35,904 nucleotides of DNA from Alphaproteobacteria bacterium (GCA_031412695.1 JANODM010000225.1:1-35904), one strand, 5' to 3'; positions 24,976 through 35,218 are shown, numbered from the stretch's first letter. Notes: generated by a model not told the origin, from the letters alone. Program-made: numbers and translations.

Positions 24976-26045
24976 ATGAGCGGTTTCGTTTAAACACCTA
25001 CGACTATAACTTGCCGCCTGAATTGATTGCGACGCATCCGGTAAGTCCGCGCGATGCAGCCCGGTTATTGGTGTGGCCCGATCGAGCGGATGCTGTTTTC
25101 AGCGATCTGGTCGATTACATGAATTCTGGCGATGTTCTGGTTGTCAATTCCAGTAAGGTCATTCCGGCGCGTCTTTTCGCAGTGCGTCCGAAACGCGCAG
25201 ACGCACGCGATGCGACGGCGACCGATGTGAATATCGAGTTTTTATTGCATCAACCACGCGGTGATTTTTCAACTTGGGCAGCGTTTGCAAAACCCGCCAA
25301 ACGATTAAAAGAAGGCGATACGGTTTTATTCGACGGAAACGTAACCGCAAAAATCCAAGGCCGTGAAAACGATCAAGTGATGTTGCAATTCGATTTAAGA
25401 CCTGACCAGGTTGAAGCATTTTTGAATACGCACGGGCATATACCTTTGCCGCCTTATATTCATCGTGCGGATGAGGCGATGGATAAAACTGAATATCAAA
25501 CTGTTTACGCTGATGCACCTGGATCGGTGGCGGCTCCTACCGCGGGGTTGCATTTTACGGATGCGCTATTGCAAAAAATTCGCGATAAAGGTGTTATCAT
25601 CACCGAAATGACGTTACATGTCGGGGCGGGCACGTTCTTGTCCGTAAGCGTTGATGATATTCGCAATCACACGATGCATGCCGAATGGGGTCGGGTGACA
25701 GCGGAAACCATGACCATCATCAACAATGCCAAACAACACGGTAAAAAAATATTTGCGGTAGGTACGACTGCCACACGATTACTGGAAACTGCCGCGCAGG
25801 AAACGGGCGTCATCCAGGCGTGGGAAGGCAATACCGATATTTTTATTACGCCAGGATTTACATTTAATGTCGTCGACCGTCTGATCACGAATTTTCATCT
25901 GCCTAAAAGCACGCTTTTGATGCTGGTCTCGGCATTTTTAGGCGGTGTAAATCACGCGCACGCGCTTTACACGCATGCAATCGAAAAAAACTACCGTTTT
26001 TACAGCTATGGCGATGCCTGTTTGTTGACGCGTCATAACGGCTAG
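24939..26045 (+). CDS. queA: S-adenosylmethionine:tRNA ribosyltransferase-isomerase
   Basis: YDYNLPPELIATHPVSPRDAARLLV, LPPYI, GSVAAPTAGLHFT, TLHVGAGTF, VGTTATRLLE, FHLPKSTLLMLVSAF. The only in-frame starts upstream of the conserved N-terminus are ATG 24939 and GTG 24930, both inside the 3' end of the GIY-YIG gene. Confidence 0.88.
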   Translation: MPSEFLRSAQDDNERFRLNTYDYNLPPELIATHPVSPRDAARLLVWPDRADAVFSDLVDYMNSGDVLVVNSSKVIPARLFAVRPKRADARDATATDVNIEFLLHQPRGDFSTWAAFAKPAKRLKEGDTVLFDGNVTAKIQGRENDQVMLQFDLRPDQVEAFLNTHGHIPLPPYIHRADEAMDKTEYQTVYADAPGSVAAPTAGLHFTDALLQKIRDKGVIITEMTLHVGAGTFLSVSVDDIRNHTMHAEWGRVTAETMTIINNAKQHGKKIFAVGTTATRLLETAAQETGVIQAWEGNTDIFITPGFTFNVVDRLITNFHLPKSTLLMLVSAFLGGVNHAHALYTHAIEKNYRFYSYGDACLLTRHNG

Positions 26046-26071
26046 GGTACGTTATTATATCCTAGCAACGT

Positions 26072-26100
26072 CGAGGGATCCCTCCGCTTCGGTCGGGATG
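26072..26100 (-). repeat. Solo copy of the catcc-N-gaagg-gatccc hairpin repeat family
   Basis: The reverse complement catcccgaccgaagcggagggatccctcg resembles the repeats flanking the GIY-YIG gene (catcctgagtgcaacgaaggatccc). Confidence 0.45.
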
Positions 26101-26125
26101 CGAACCACTTACGGATATATAAACA

Positions 26126-27655
26126 ATGATCGATCTCAAAGATATTATGGCGTTGTGCAAACGTCGCGGTTTTATTTTCCAGGCTTCCGAAATCTATGGC
26201 GGTATCAATGGATTTTGGGATTACGGCCCTTTGGGCGTCGAGTTAAAAAATAATATTCGCGACGCGTGGTGGCGGTGCATGGTCATCACGCCGCCTTTGG
26301 ACGAAGATGGTACGCCGTTACAAATCGTAGGACTGGATTCGGCAATCATCCAAGCGCCCAAAGTGTGGGAATCATCCGGCCACGTCGCAGGTTTCGCCGA
26401 CATGATGGTCGATTGCAAAGACAGTAAACTGCGCTATCGCCAGGATCACTTGGTCGTATATCTACCGCCGAAACATTACAATGATCGTAAAATCACGACA
26501 GGATTGGGTTTTGCATTCCATCAAGAAGAAGAATTAAAAGCGGTCGAAAAGAAAATAAAAAAACTGGCCAAAGATCAAACGACGAATATCGAAGACTATT
26601 ACAAAGTGCCTCTACCGGAATTCGTGGTCGAAACCTATGAACATATCGTGGCACCCGATACTGAAAAACGCGGCACATTGACGGCACCCAAGGCGTTTAA
26701 TCTGATGTTCGAAACACGCGTGGGCGCGGCAGCAACAGACGACAACAAAGCGTATTTGCGTCCCGAAACGGCGCAGGGTATTTTTCTGAATTTCAAAAAC
26801 GTCGTCGATTCATGCCGTGTGCGCATGCCGTTCGGTATCGCGCAAATCGGTAAAGCCTATCGCAACGAAGTGACGCCGCGTAATTTTATTTTCCGCACGC
26901 GCGAATTCGAACAGATGGAAATGGAATTTTTCTGTCATCCCGATGAGGCTGCGAAATGGGCGGCGTTTTGGGTAGCTGAGCGTAAAAAATGGTGGCTTGG
27001 GATCGGTTTGCGCGAAGATCAAATTTATATGCGCAAACAAGACCACGACGAATTGGCCCATTACGCTAAAGAAGGTGTCGGGACAACAGATATCGAATTC
27101 TTGTTTCCGTTCACTGCCCCCGGTCATGGCGAAATCGAAGGTGTCGCGCATCGTTGCGATTTCGATTTAACTGCGCATCAAAACGGATCGGGTCAAAAAT
27201 TGGAATATATGGATCCCGAAACGAATGAACGTTTTATGCCGCATGTCATCGAACCGGCAGCCGGTTTGAATCGTGCTGTCCTGGCCGTATTATGCGCAGC
27301 CTATACAGTAGATGAAAATCGCCCCAGCGGCATGTATTTGAATTTTCACCCTAGTGTGGCACCTAAGAAAGCGGCGATTTTACCGCTGACGGCAAAAGGC
27401 GAGCATCCTGTTTTAGCGACGAAATTATATTTAGAGTTACGCAAAGAATACAGCGTCGATTTGGATATCAAGCAAAATATCGGCAAGCGTTACGCCCGCC
27501 AGGACGAAATCGGCACGCCATTTTGTTTTACCATCGACGATCAGACTGTGGCTGACGGTACCGTCACTGTGCGGGATCGTAATACGACCAAACAAGATCG
27601 CATCGCGTTAAGTGATGTTAAAGCGTTCTTAGATGGAAAGATCAAAAACATATGA
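26126..27655 (+). CDS. glyQS: Glycine--tRNA ligase, single-chain (alpha2 dimeric) type
   Basis: RGFIFQASEIYGGINGFWDYGPLGVELKNNI, class II motif 2 region FRTREFEQMEMEFF, C-terminal anticodon-binding region; 509 aa. Confidence 0.92.
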   Translation: MIDLKDIMALCKRRGFIFQASEIYGGINGFWDYGPLGVELKNNIRDAWWRCMVITPPLDEDGTPLQIVGLDSAIIQAPKVWESSGHVAGFADMMVDCKDSKLRYRQDHLVVYLPPKHYNDRKITTGLGFAFHQEEELKAVEKKIKKLAKDQTTNIEDYYKVPLPEFVVETYEHIVAPDTEKRGTLTAPKAFNLMFETRVGAAATDDNKAYLRPETAQGIFLNFKNVVDSCRVRMPFGIAQIGKAYRNEVTPRNFIFRTREFEQMEMEFFCHPDEAAKWAAFWVAERKKWWLGIGLREDQIYMRKQDHDELAHYAKEGVGTTDIEFLFPFTAPGHGEIEGVAHRCDFDLTAHQNGSGQKLEYMDPETNERFMPHVIEPAAGLNRAVLAVLCAAYTVDENRPSGMYLNFHPSVAPKKAAILPLTAKGEHPVLATKLYLELRKEYSVDLDIKQNIGKRYARQDEIGTPFCFTIDDQTVADGTVTVRDRNTTKQDRIALSDVKAFLDGKIKNI

Positions 27656-29091
27656 CCGATATCACGCCGTTGATGATGGATAAAAACCTGATCAACGGTG
27701 TTTGGGTCGGGTCTTTGTCCGGTAAAACGATTATCGTCACCAACCCAGCAACAGATGACATCGTCGGGACCGTGCCCGATATGGGGGTGGACGAAACCGA
27801 ACAAGCGATTGAGGCAGCGGACAAAGCGTTTCCCATGTGGTCAGCCATGACGGCGTATGAACGTTCGGAAATTCTGGAAAAATGGCATGATTTAATCGCG
27901 ACGAATATCGAAGCCTTGGCATTGATTATGACGCTGGAAAACGGCAAGCCCTTGGCCGAAGCGCGCACCGAAGTATCGCCTGCAAATATTTTATGGGCCG
28001 CCGAAGAAGCGAAACGTATCTATGGCCGCATCATCCCAAGTAATGTAAAAAATCGTCAATTACAGGCCGTCAAACAACCGATCGGCGTGGCCGGTATGAT
28101 TACACCGTGGAATTTCCCCTCGGCGATGATTACGCGCAAAGTCGGACCTGCTTTGGCTGCCGGGTGTACTGTCGTGTTGAAGCCTGATCACCGCACACCG
28201 TTTTCGGCATTGGCGTTGGGCATGTTGGCGGTAAGTGCAGGCATGCCGAAAGGTGTGCTGAATATCATCACGGGTGACGCGCCGATGATTGGAAAAATTC
28301 TGACCACACATCCTAAAATCGGAAAAATCAGTTTCACGGGTTCGACGCAAGTGGGCCGCATCTTAGCCGAACAAGCTGCACCCAGTTTGAAAAAAATGTC
28401 GTTGGAATTGGGCGGTAATGCACCTTTTATCGTGTTTGACGATGTCGACATCAAAGAAACCGCATCGCGTTTGGCCACGGCAAAAGCGCGCAATATGGGG
28501 CAATCCTGCGTGTCACCCAACCGTGTCTATGTGCATGAAACAATCCATGACGCGTTCATTGCGGAATTATTGCCGATCATGGCGGGCTGGAAAGTCGGCA
28601 ATGGTACCGAGGCCGGTGTCACCGTCGGGCCATTGATCGACAGCAAAGCGGTCGAAAAAGTCGCGCGGCTTGTGGATGATGCGATCAAAAAAGGTGCGAC
28701 ATGCGTATTGGGCGGTAAAGCGCATGAATTAGGCCGCAGTTTTTATTCACCGACCATTTTAACGGGTATAATGCCTGACATGGATATCAGCCGCGCGGAA
28801 ATCTTTGGGCCCGTTATTGCGATTCAAAAATTTACCGACGAAGATGCGGTGGTGAAAGCGGCGAATGATACCGAATTTGGTTTGGCCGCGTATGTATTTA
28901 CCAATGATTTGGGGCGTGCTGCACGTGTATCAACCCATTTGCAATACGGCCAGGTCGGCGTGAATTGTGCGGTGATCTCGTTTGCTGCCACACCGTTCGG
29001 CGGTATCAAACAATCTGGCATGGGCCGCGAAGGCGGCACCGAAGGCTTGGATGCGTATTTGGAAACGAAATATATCGCGATACAGACTTGA
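27652..29091 (+). CDS. gabD: NAD(P)-dependent succinate-semialdehyde dehydrogenase-like aldehyde dehydrogenase
   Basis: ALDH family: ITPWNFP, catalytic Glu in LELGGNAP, catalytic Cys in GQSCVSPNR, EIFGPV. The N-terminus LINGVWV...TIIVTNPATDD resembles GabD. ATGA overlap with glyQS. Confidence 0.75.
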   Translation: MTDITPLMMDKNLINGVWVGSLSGKTIIVTNPATDDIVGTVPDMGVDETEQAIEAADKAFPMWSAMTAYERSEILEKWHDLIATNIEALALIMTLENGKPLAEARTEVSPANILWAAEEAKRIYGRIIPSNVKNRQLQAVKQPIGVAGMITPWNFPSAMITRKVGPALAAGCTVVLKPDHRTPFSALALGMLAVSAGMPKGVLNIITGDAPMIGKILTTHPKIGKISFTGSTQVGRILAEQAAPSLKKMSLELGGNAPFIVFDDVDIKETASRLATAKARNMGQSCVSPNRVYVHETIHDAFIAELLPIMAGWKVGNGTEAGVTVGPLIDSKAVEKVARLVDDAIKKGATCVLGGKAHELGRSFYSPTILTGIMPDMDISRAEIFGPVIAIQKFTDEDAVVKAANDTEFGLAAYVFTNDLGRAARVSTHLQYGQVGVNCAVISFAATPFGGIKQSGMGREGGTEGLDAYLETKYIAIQT

Positions 29092-29097
29092 GATAAG

Positions 29098-29118
29098 ATG
29101 GCGGATCAAGTCCGCCAT
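29098..29118. terminator. Hairpin between convergent gabD and mrdA (possible bidirectional terminator or repeat unit)
   Basis: atggcgga-tcaag-tccgccat: a perfect 8-bp stem. There is no strong T-run, so terminator function is uncertain. Confidence 0.4.
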
Positions 29119-29133
29119 GACGTAAAAAAGGTG

Positions 29134-31014
29134 TCATCCCCGCGTCTGCTTCTTATCCGGCTGGCGTTTTTGGGTCTCAAGCAAAATATCGCGGGCGAAC
29201 GGAGCTGCCGCACCTGCACCCGAACCACCATGTTCGATCACGACGGCGCAGATATAGCGCGGTGTTTCAAGTGGCGCATAGCCGACGAATAACGCGTGAT
29301 GCTGTTCTTCCCATTTCAAATCCGAACTTTTGAATCCGGCGCGGCGTTGTTCCATCGTAATCCGGCGCACTTGCGATGTTCCGGTTTTGCCGCCAAACAA
29401 CATGGTTTCGTCTTTGATCGCAGCAGCCTTGGCTGTGCCGGTTGATGAATTGACAACAGCATCCATGCCTAGTTTAACTAGCGCGACATGCTCGGGATTT
29501 AATCCGATACTCGGGCCGATAGTTTGACGTTTCAGGATGTGATCGCCGGAACGTTCGGCCAAATAAGGTTGCACAGGTAATCCACCATTCACGATCCGCG
29601 CTAACATCGTGGCCAATTGCAACGGTGTCGATGTGGTAAAACCTTGGCCGATCGCATTGACCAGCGACTCGCCTTTGTGCCATGGCTGTTTCAGCTTGTC
29701 TTTTTTCCATTGTTGATCGGGAATAAGACCGGGGCGCTCGCCTTGAATATCAATGCCTAGTTTTGATCCCAAACCCAAACGCCGCGCCATCGCCGCGATT
29801 TTATCGATGCCGATATCCAAACTCATTTGATAAAAGAAACAATCGCAGGACTGGGCCAAGGCTTCGATCACATCGACATAGCCATGCCCCCCTGCTTTCC
29901 AGCAATGGAAAATATGCGACCCTAATTTCATCGCGCCATTGCAAAAAACCGTGCGGTGACGCGATAACGCACCCACTTCTAACGCGGCTAGAGCCACGAT
30001 CATTTTAAAGGTCGATCCCGGGGGGTATTCGCCTGCGATGACTTTGTTGCGCAAGGGTGCTGCCGGATCATTCAGCAATTCATTCCACAACGCGGTCGGT
30101 ATCGCACCCGAAAAAACATTCGGATCAAACGCCGGATGCGAGGCCAGAGCGTAAATCGCACCCGAATACGCATCCATAATGATGGCTGACGCCGAACGTT
30201 CCTGAGCCAGACGATTTTGCACGAATAATTGCAACTCGGCGTCGATGGTCAATCCTAGGGTTGCGCCTTGCACGCCTTTTTTCTCATCCAGGATACGGAC
30301 TTTGCGGCCTGTGGCGTTGACTTCTTCATCGGCGCGACCGGCCACACCGCGCAGCATCAAATCATATTGTTTTTCCAAACCGTTTTTGCCGATTTGAAAC
30401 CCGGGCAATTCCATCAACGGATTGGTATCCGCTTTGGTATCTTTTTCGTTCGGAATACCGACATAGCCGACGAAATGAGCGGTAGCCTCGCGCAACGGAT
30501 AAGAACGGATTTTGCCTTCTTCGATCATCAAGCCCGGCAAATTCGGCAAAGCGACTTCGATGGCCGCCATTTGTTCCCAGGTTAAATTATTTTCGATCAA
30601 AATAGGCAAAAACGTATGCTGACGTTTCAGATCGCGCATGATTTTCTCACGTCGCTGCGGCGATAACGGAATGATACGGTTGATCGTGTCCAAGGATTTT
30701 TGAATATCGGGCGTACGTTCCTGGATCATCAAAAGACGAAAATCCTGGACGTTGATGGCAAGAGGGACATTGAAACGGTCATAGATCATGCCGCGTTCCG
30801 GTGCGATCAATTTCATGTTGACGCGGTTGTCTTCGGCTAATGTCATGTATTTATCGCGGTCCAACACCTGAAGCTGGAACATGCGTGCGCCTAAAATACC
30901 GATCACGCCCATCTGTCCCCCGACCAGCAACAAAGCACGGCGGGTAAAACGTCTTTCTTGGTCGCGTTCGTATTTGCTCATCAGGCCATACTCGTCATGC
31001 GATCGGTTCGTCAA
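29134..31014 (-). CDS. mrdA: Penicillin-binding protein 2 (elongasome transpeptidase)
   Basis: N-terminal TM segment, PBP dimerisation region, active-site PGSTFK, SCD and KTGT motifs; 626 aa. Lies directly downstream of mreD. Confidence 0.92.
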   Translation of the reverse strand: MTNRSHDEYGLMSKYERDQERRFTRRALLLVGGQMGVIGILGARMFQLQVLDRDKYMTLAEDNRVNMKLIAPERGMIYDRFNVPLAINVQDFRLLMIQERTPDIQKSLDTINRIIPLSPQRREKIMRDLKRQHTFLPILIENNLTWEQMAAIEVALPNLPGLMIEEGKIRSYPLREATAHFVGYVGIPNEKDTKADTNPLMELPGFQIGKNGLEKQYDLMLRGVAGRADEEVNATGRKVRILDEKKGVQGATLGLTIDAELQLFVQNRLAQERSASAIIMDAYSGAIYALASHPAFDPNVFSGAIPTALWNELLNDPAAPLRNKVIAGEYPPGSTFKMIVALAALEVGALSRHRTVFCNGAMKLGSHIFHCWKAGGHGYVDVIEALAQSCDCFFYQMSLDIGIDKIAAMARRLGLGSKLGIDIQGERPGLIPDQQWKKDKLKQPWHKGESLVNAIGQGFTTSTPLQLATMLARIVNGGLPVQPYLAERSGDHILKRQTIGPSIGLNPEHVALVKLGMDAVVNSSTGTAKAAAIKDETMLFGGKTGTSQVRRITMEQRRAGFKSSDLKWEEQHHALFVGYAPLETPRYICAVVIEHGGSGAGAAAPFARDILLETQKRQPDKKQTRG

Positions 31015-31534
31015 AAAGATCGATCAGATCATGCAACCAACCTAAAACCCATAACACCAGCGGCACGCACGCCCAGGCGATTGCTGCAGAAATGGCCGTA
31101 TCACGCAGTGGCACGACGGCTTGGGTCAAAGCAAATTGAAAACCGTTCAGCATCACGAAAAATCCGCCGACGATCAACGCAAAGGCCGCCCACATCACCC
31201 AAAATCCCTGACCGATCAAAAAGCGTCGCTGGCGTTTCCACACCGATTGCGACAGCACGAAAATAAACGCATGCAACCCAAGCGGCGAAAAGGTCATGAT
31301 ATCGGCGAATAATCCAATAAAAAACGTCATAAAAGGCAGAATGTTTTTAGGACGCACCAACGTCCAATAGGCGATACCGATTAGCGGAAAAAGCCCGCCC
31401 ATGCGGATCGTGCCCGGAAATCCCATTGGAATCGTCGTCAACATCGCCAGTACCAGAACGCTTACGATCGGTAACATGTCCAGGATAAAGCCGCGAATAA
31501 ATGACGCAACGGCGGCATCGGATCGCGGCGTCAT
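30995..31534 (-). CDS. mreD: Rod shape-determining protein MreD
   Basis: 179-aa polytopic membrane protein. 4-nt overlap with the mreC stop and 20-nt overlap with the mrdA start, the canonical position for mreD. Confidence 0.8.
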   Translation of the reverse strand: MTPRSDAAVASFIRGFILDMLPIVSVLVLAMLTTIPMGFPGTIRMGGLFPLIGIAYWTLVRPKNILPFMTFFIGLFADIMTFSPLGLHAFIFVLSQSVWKRQRRFLIGQGFWVMWAAFALIVGGFFVMLNGFQFALTQAVVPLRDTAISAAIAWACVPLVLWVLGWLHDLIDLFDEPIA

Positions 31535-32451
31535 CGTTTGACGCCTTGCTGCGGCACGATTGTCTTTTGCGAAACAGGTTTGACAATCTGTTCGTTTGTA
31601 ATGGTGTTGCGACCGAAATTCACCAATTGCACGAAATCCAAACGGCGTAAATCCGCAAAAGGTTGCACGCGCACCCGGCCTTGATCGGTGGACACGATCA
31701 CGCCGATGGGCAAACCCGGTGCGAACACGCCACCCATGCCGGACGTCAAGACACGTTCGCCGACCGATACGGCGGCATCATCGGGCAGATACATCAAGAC
31801 GGGCTGGGGTGAATTATCCCCTGCCATCACGCCGCGATGGCGCGAATTTTCAATGACCACCGGAATACGCGAATTGATATCGGTCAATAACGCGACTTGG
31901 GCGGTGTCGTCGCTTGTGACCATGACGCGACCGATCACGCCTTCGCCTGTCATCGCGGCGATGTCACGCACGATACCTTTTGCGGAACCCGCATCAACGA
32001 TAATACCTTGCGCAAAGGCGCCGCCGCTTTCGGCGATAACGCGCGCTGTTGTGTATTCCGTGCGCGGCAAATTCGCCAATTTCACCAAACTGCGCAGCGA
32101 ATTATTTTCCGCCTCGAGTTGGCGGGCGCGATCATACCATTGTTTCAATGTCGCGTTTTCTTGGCGCAACCGCCCTAGATCCGCCGACATATCCGACAGC
32201 CCCGTCATATGCTCGACCAATTGCGTGATTTTTTGTGTCGGGATCGTCAAGATGCCCAAAGCGCTCCCCAAACTGTCGAATGTCGACGCCCTGACGCGAT
32301 CGGTCAGGCGCGGTATAGCCAGGCCCGCGATCAACACGGCGACTGATGCCAATAACAACAGCATGACTGTGCCGCGGTCACTTAAGATGCGGCGTGGCCA
32401 ATAGGTCCACAAAGCGCGTTTTGCGGCTTTTTGATGACGGGGTGGTAACAT
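31531..32451 (-). CDS. mreC: Rod shape-determining protein MreC
   Basis: N-terminal TM segment VMLLLLASVAVLIAGLAI, coiled-coil LRQENATLKQW...LEAENNSLRSL, GEGVIGRVMVTSDDTAQVALLTD, TSGMGGVFAPGLPIGVIV. Start placed at ATG 32451; in-frame ATGs at 32517 and 32580 are possible but would add a non-conserved extension. Confidence 0.85.
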   Translation of the reverse strand: MLPPRHQKAAKRALWTYWPRRILSDRGTVMLLLLASVAVLIAGLAIPRLTDRVRASTFDSLGSALGILTIPTQKITQLVEHMTGLSDMSADLGRLRQENATLKQWYDRARQLEAENNSLRSLVKLANLPRTEYTTARVIAESGGAFAQGIIVDAGSAKGIVRDIAAMTGEGVIGRVMVTSDDTAQVALLTDINSRIPVVIENSRHRGVMAGDNSPQPVLMYLPDDAAVSVGERVLTSGMGGVFAPGLPIGVIVSTDQGRVRVQPFADLRRLDFVQLVNFGRNTITNEQIVKPVSQKTIVPQQGVKR

Positions 32452-32581
32452 AAGCCCAGTTATACGACAAGAATCCGGCCTTGTCGCGGGGGCAATTTTA
32501 ACGATTGTAGCGTGCATAACATTGTTGACATAAGGATGGCTTTTGGTAGGGTTGAGAGCATTAGATAAAAAGGTCCCCAAA

Positions 32582-32968
32582 ATGAATTCCGAAATGAATC
32601 CTGAAGTAACTTCGCAACATGATATCGCTCATCCTGTGGTTCGTACCCTGGTCAGCTGGCAAAAATCGGTATTCGCGACAAAGAACATGATCGTTATTGC
32701 TGCACTGGCTGGTGCGACCGGATTGGCGGGATATTGGGTGGCGAATAAAATTGCTGTCACCGCAGCCGAGAAACAACGGGCAGCTTGTTTATCCGAGAAA
32801 AAATCAATCGCAGAAAACGGAATGGTAGATAAAACGCGAATTGAAATAAGCGGTGGCGCACAAAACGAATATTCGATAGGCGTGAAAATTCCGTACACGC
32901 AGGCTTGCCGCGGTGAATACGACGCGTATCAGAAAATAAAACAATCTTCAATTTTCAACCCAGAGTAA
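32582..32968 (+). CDS. Hypothetical single-pass membrane protein
   Basis: 128 aa from ATG 32582. TM segment MIVIAALAGATGLAGYWVANKIAV. Its stop overlaps the Shine-Dalgarno sequence of the next gene. Confidence 0.5.
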   Translation: MNSEMNPEVTSQHDIAHPVVRTLVSWQKSVFATKNMIVIAALAGATGLAGYWVANKIAVTAAEKQRAACLSEKKSIAENGMVDKTRIEISGGAQNEYSIGVKIPYTQACRGEYDAYQKIKQSSIFNPE

Positions 32969-32977
32969 GGAATAGTC

Positions 32978-33496
32978 ATGGGGGTTTTTGTAAGTAATGG
33001 CGATTTACCGCAAGAAACGCGCGATATTTTATTGGCTCAGAAACCTGCCCCCACGATCTCCACACCTGAGCCCGTGCAAAAACCCGGATTTTTTAAACAA
33101 GTTCTGCAAAGCCCTATCACACCTGTGGTGGTTGCTGCAGCTGTCGGATTCGGATCATGGGTGTTTGAAACAGATCAAGTCCAAGCTGCACGCGATGTAC
33201 AATTTGATAAGGCAAGGACCTGGGTCGATGCGCATGCGTCAAATGATTCTGTTAACGTCATTAAAGACAAAATGATGATCAATGAAAATATGACGATGGT
33301 TACACGTCGTCGTATTTCGGTGGTTGAAGCGAAGCAAAGCATTATCGAAGAACGTAACAAGCCGTTCACTTCGCAAGAAAAAGAAGACGTGCAGTTTTTT
33401 ACTTTAACAGGCGCTGTTCTCACATTTCTGGCCGGCGGTGCTGCTCATTTGTTGTTTGTCGATAAAAAACGAAAATCGACTTTTGTGAACCGATGA
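32978..33496 (+). CDS. Hypothetical two-pass membrane protein
   Basis: AAGGA 6 nt upstream of the ATG. Hydrophobic segments ITPVVVAAAVGFGSWVF and FFTLTGAVLTFLAGGAAHLLFV. Confidence 0.55.
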   Translation: MGVFVSNGDLPQETRDILLAQKPAPTISTPEPVQKPGFFKQVLQSPITPVVVAAAVGFGSWVFETDQVQAARDVQFDKARTWVDAHASNDSVNVIKDKMMINENMTMVTRRRISVVEAKQSIIEERNKPFTSQEKEDVQFFTLTGAVLTFLAGGAAHLLFVDKKRKSTFVNR

Positions 33497-33900
33497 CCAT
33501 CGATAACTCACCCGATCATTCACAGCGACAATTGGATAATGTGATCCTGCCGCGAGCCAAGCGCGATCATGAAAAGCCGCTACATTGGGCGCGCACGGCG
33601 GAATCGATTTGTAACAATCATAAATTAAGCGCAGTCGCATCCCTTTTTGCAGGCACGGCCGTAGCGGTTTTGACACTCTCTGAGCAAGTAGAATCCTACC
33701 CTGTCAAGCAGCTGGCTTCGAAAGCTTTAGCCTTCAGTATCGCAACGTCAGCAATTTTATATCCTGTCAGGATGAGAGCTGCGTCTTCTTTCAGCAAGAT
33801 CGCTGACAAAGCCGAAACGTCAAGCGACCGTTACCGCACGCGTCCGTTGGAACGCGATCGTCCTGAAAATCAAAAGCCAAAAAATATCATCCTGTTTTAG
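33493..33900 (+). CDS. Hypothetical two-pass membrane protein
   Basis: ATGA overlap with the preceding gene. Hydrophobic segments LSAVASLFAGTAVAVLTL and ALAFSIATSAILYPV. Confidence 0.5.
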   Translation: MTIDNSPDHSQRQLDNVILPRAKRDHEKPLHWARTAESICNNHKLSAVASLFAGTAVAVLTLSEQVESYPVKQLASKALAFSIATSAILYPVRMRAASSFSKIADKAETSSDRYRTRPLERDRPENQKPKNIILF

Positions 33901-33999
33901 AAACGGGATTTTTCTGTGAATTGGTTTGCTGTGCCTCGAGCGCAGTCGAAAGGCTTCCATTGGGTATTAAAGAAGTCTGGTCGGGACACCGCCAGAGTT

Positions 34000-35067
<1,068 letters not shown>

Positions 35068-35182
35068 TTAGAATCACCCCAAAATAGGGCCGAAAACAAA
35101 AGGGGAGCACGATATATAGCGGTTTGGGCTTGGTCTGCCAAGACCGAGCAGACCCTATCAAGGGCAATAAAATAGAGGATGT

Positions 35183-35218
35183 AAAAAACCGCCCCTGAGG
35201 GTATCAGAGGCGGTTTAA
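35183..35218 (-). terminator. Rho-independent terminator
   Basis: The minus strand reads aaaccgcctctga-taccc-tcaggggcggtttttt, downstream of the stop at 35243. Confidence 0.65.

Noticed and set aside
31688-32404. 238-aa plus-strand ORF opposite mreC, with similar ORFs opposite mreB (33916-34521, 34472-34969, 34723-35175).
   Set aside because: They are antisense to genes with clear MreC and MreB motifs, have no SD or motif support, and their composition is typical of shadow frames.
32452-32580. The longer MreC start at 32580 (349 aa), and TTG 32543 as the start of the divergent membrane-protein gene.
   Set aside because: The extensions add non-conserved sequence and would make the two divergent genes overlap by about 40 bp. 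The internal ATGs (32451 and 32582) give conventional N-termini. This remains uncertain.
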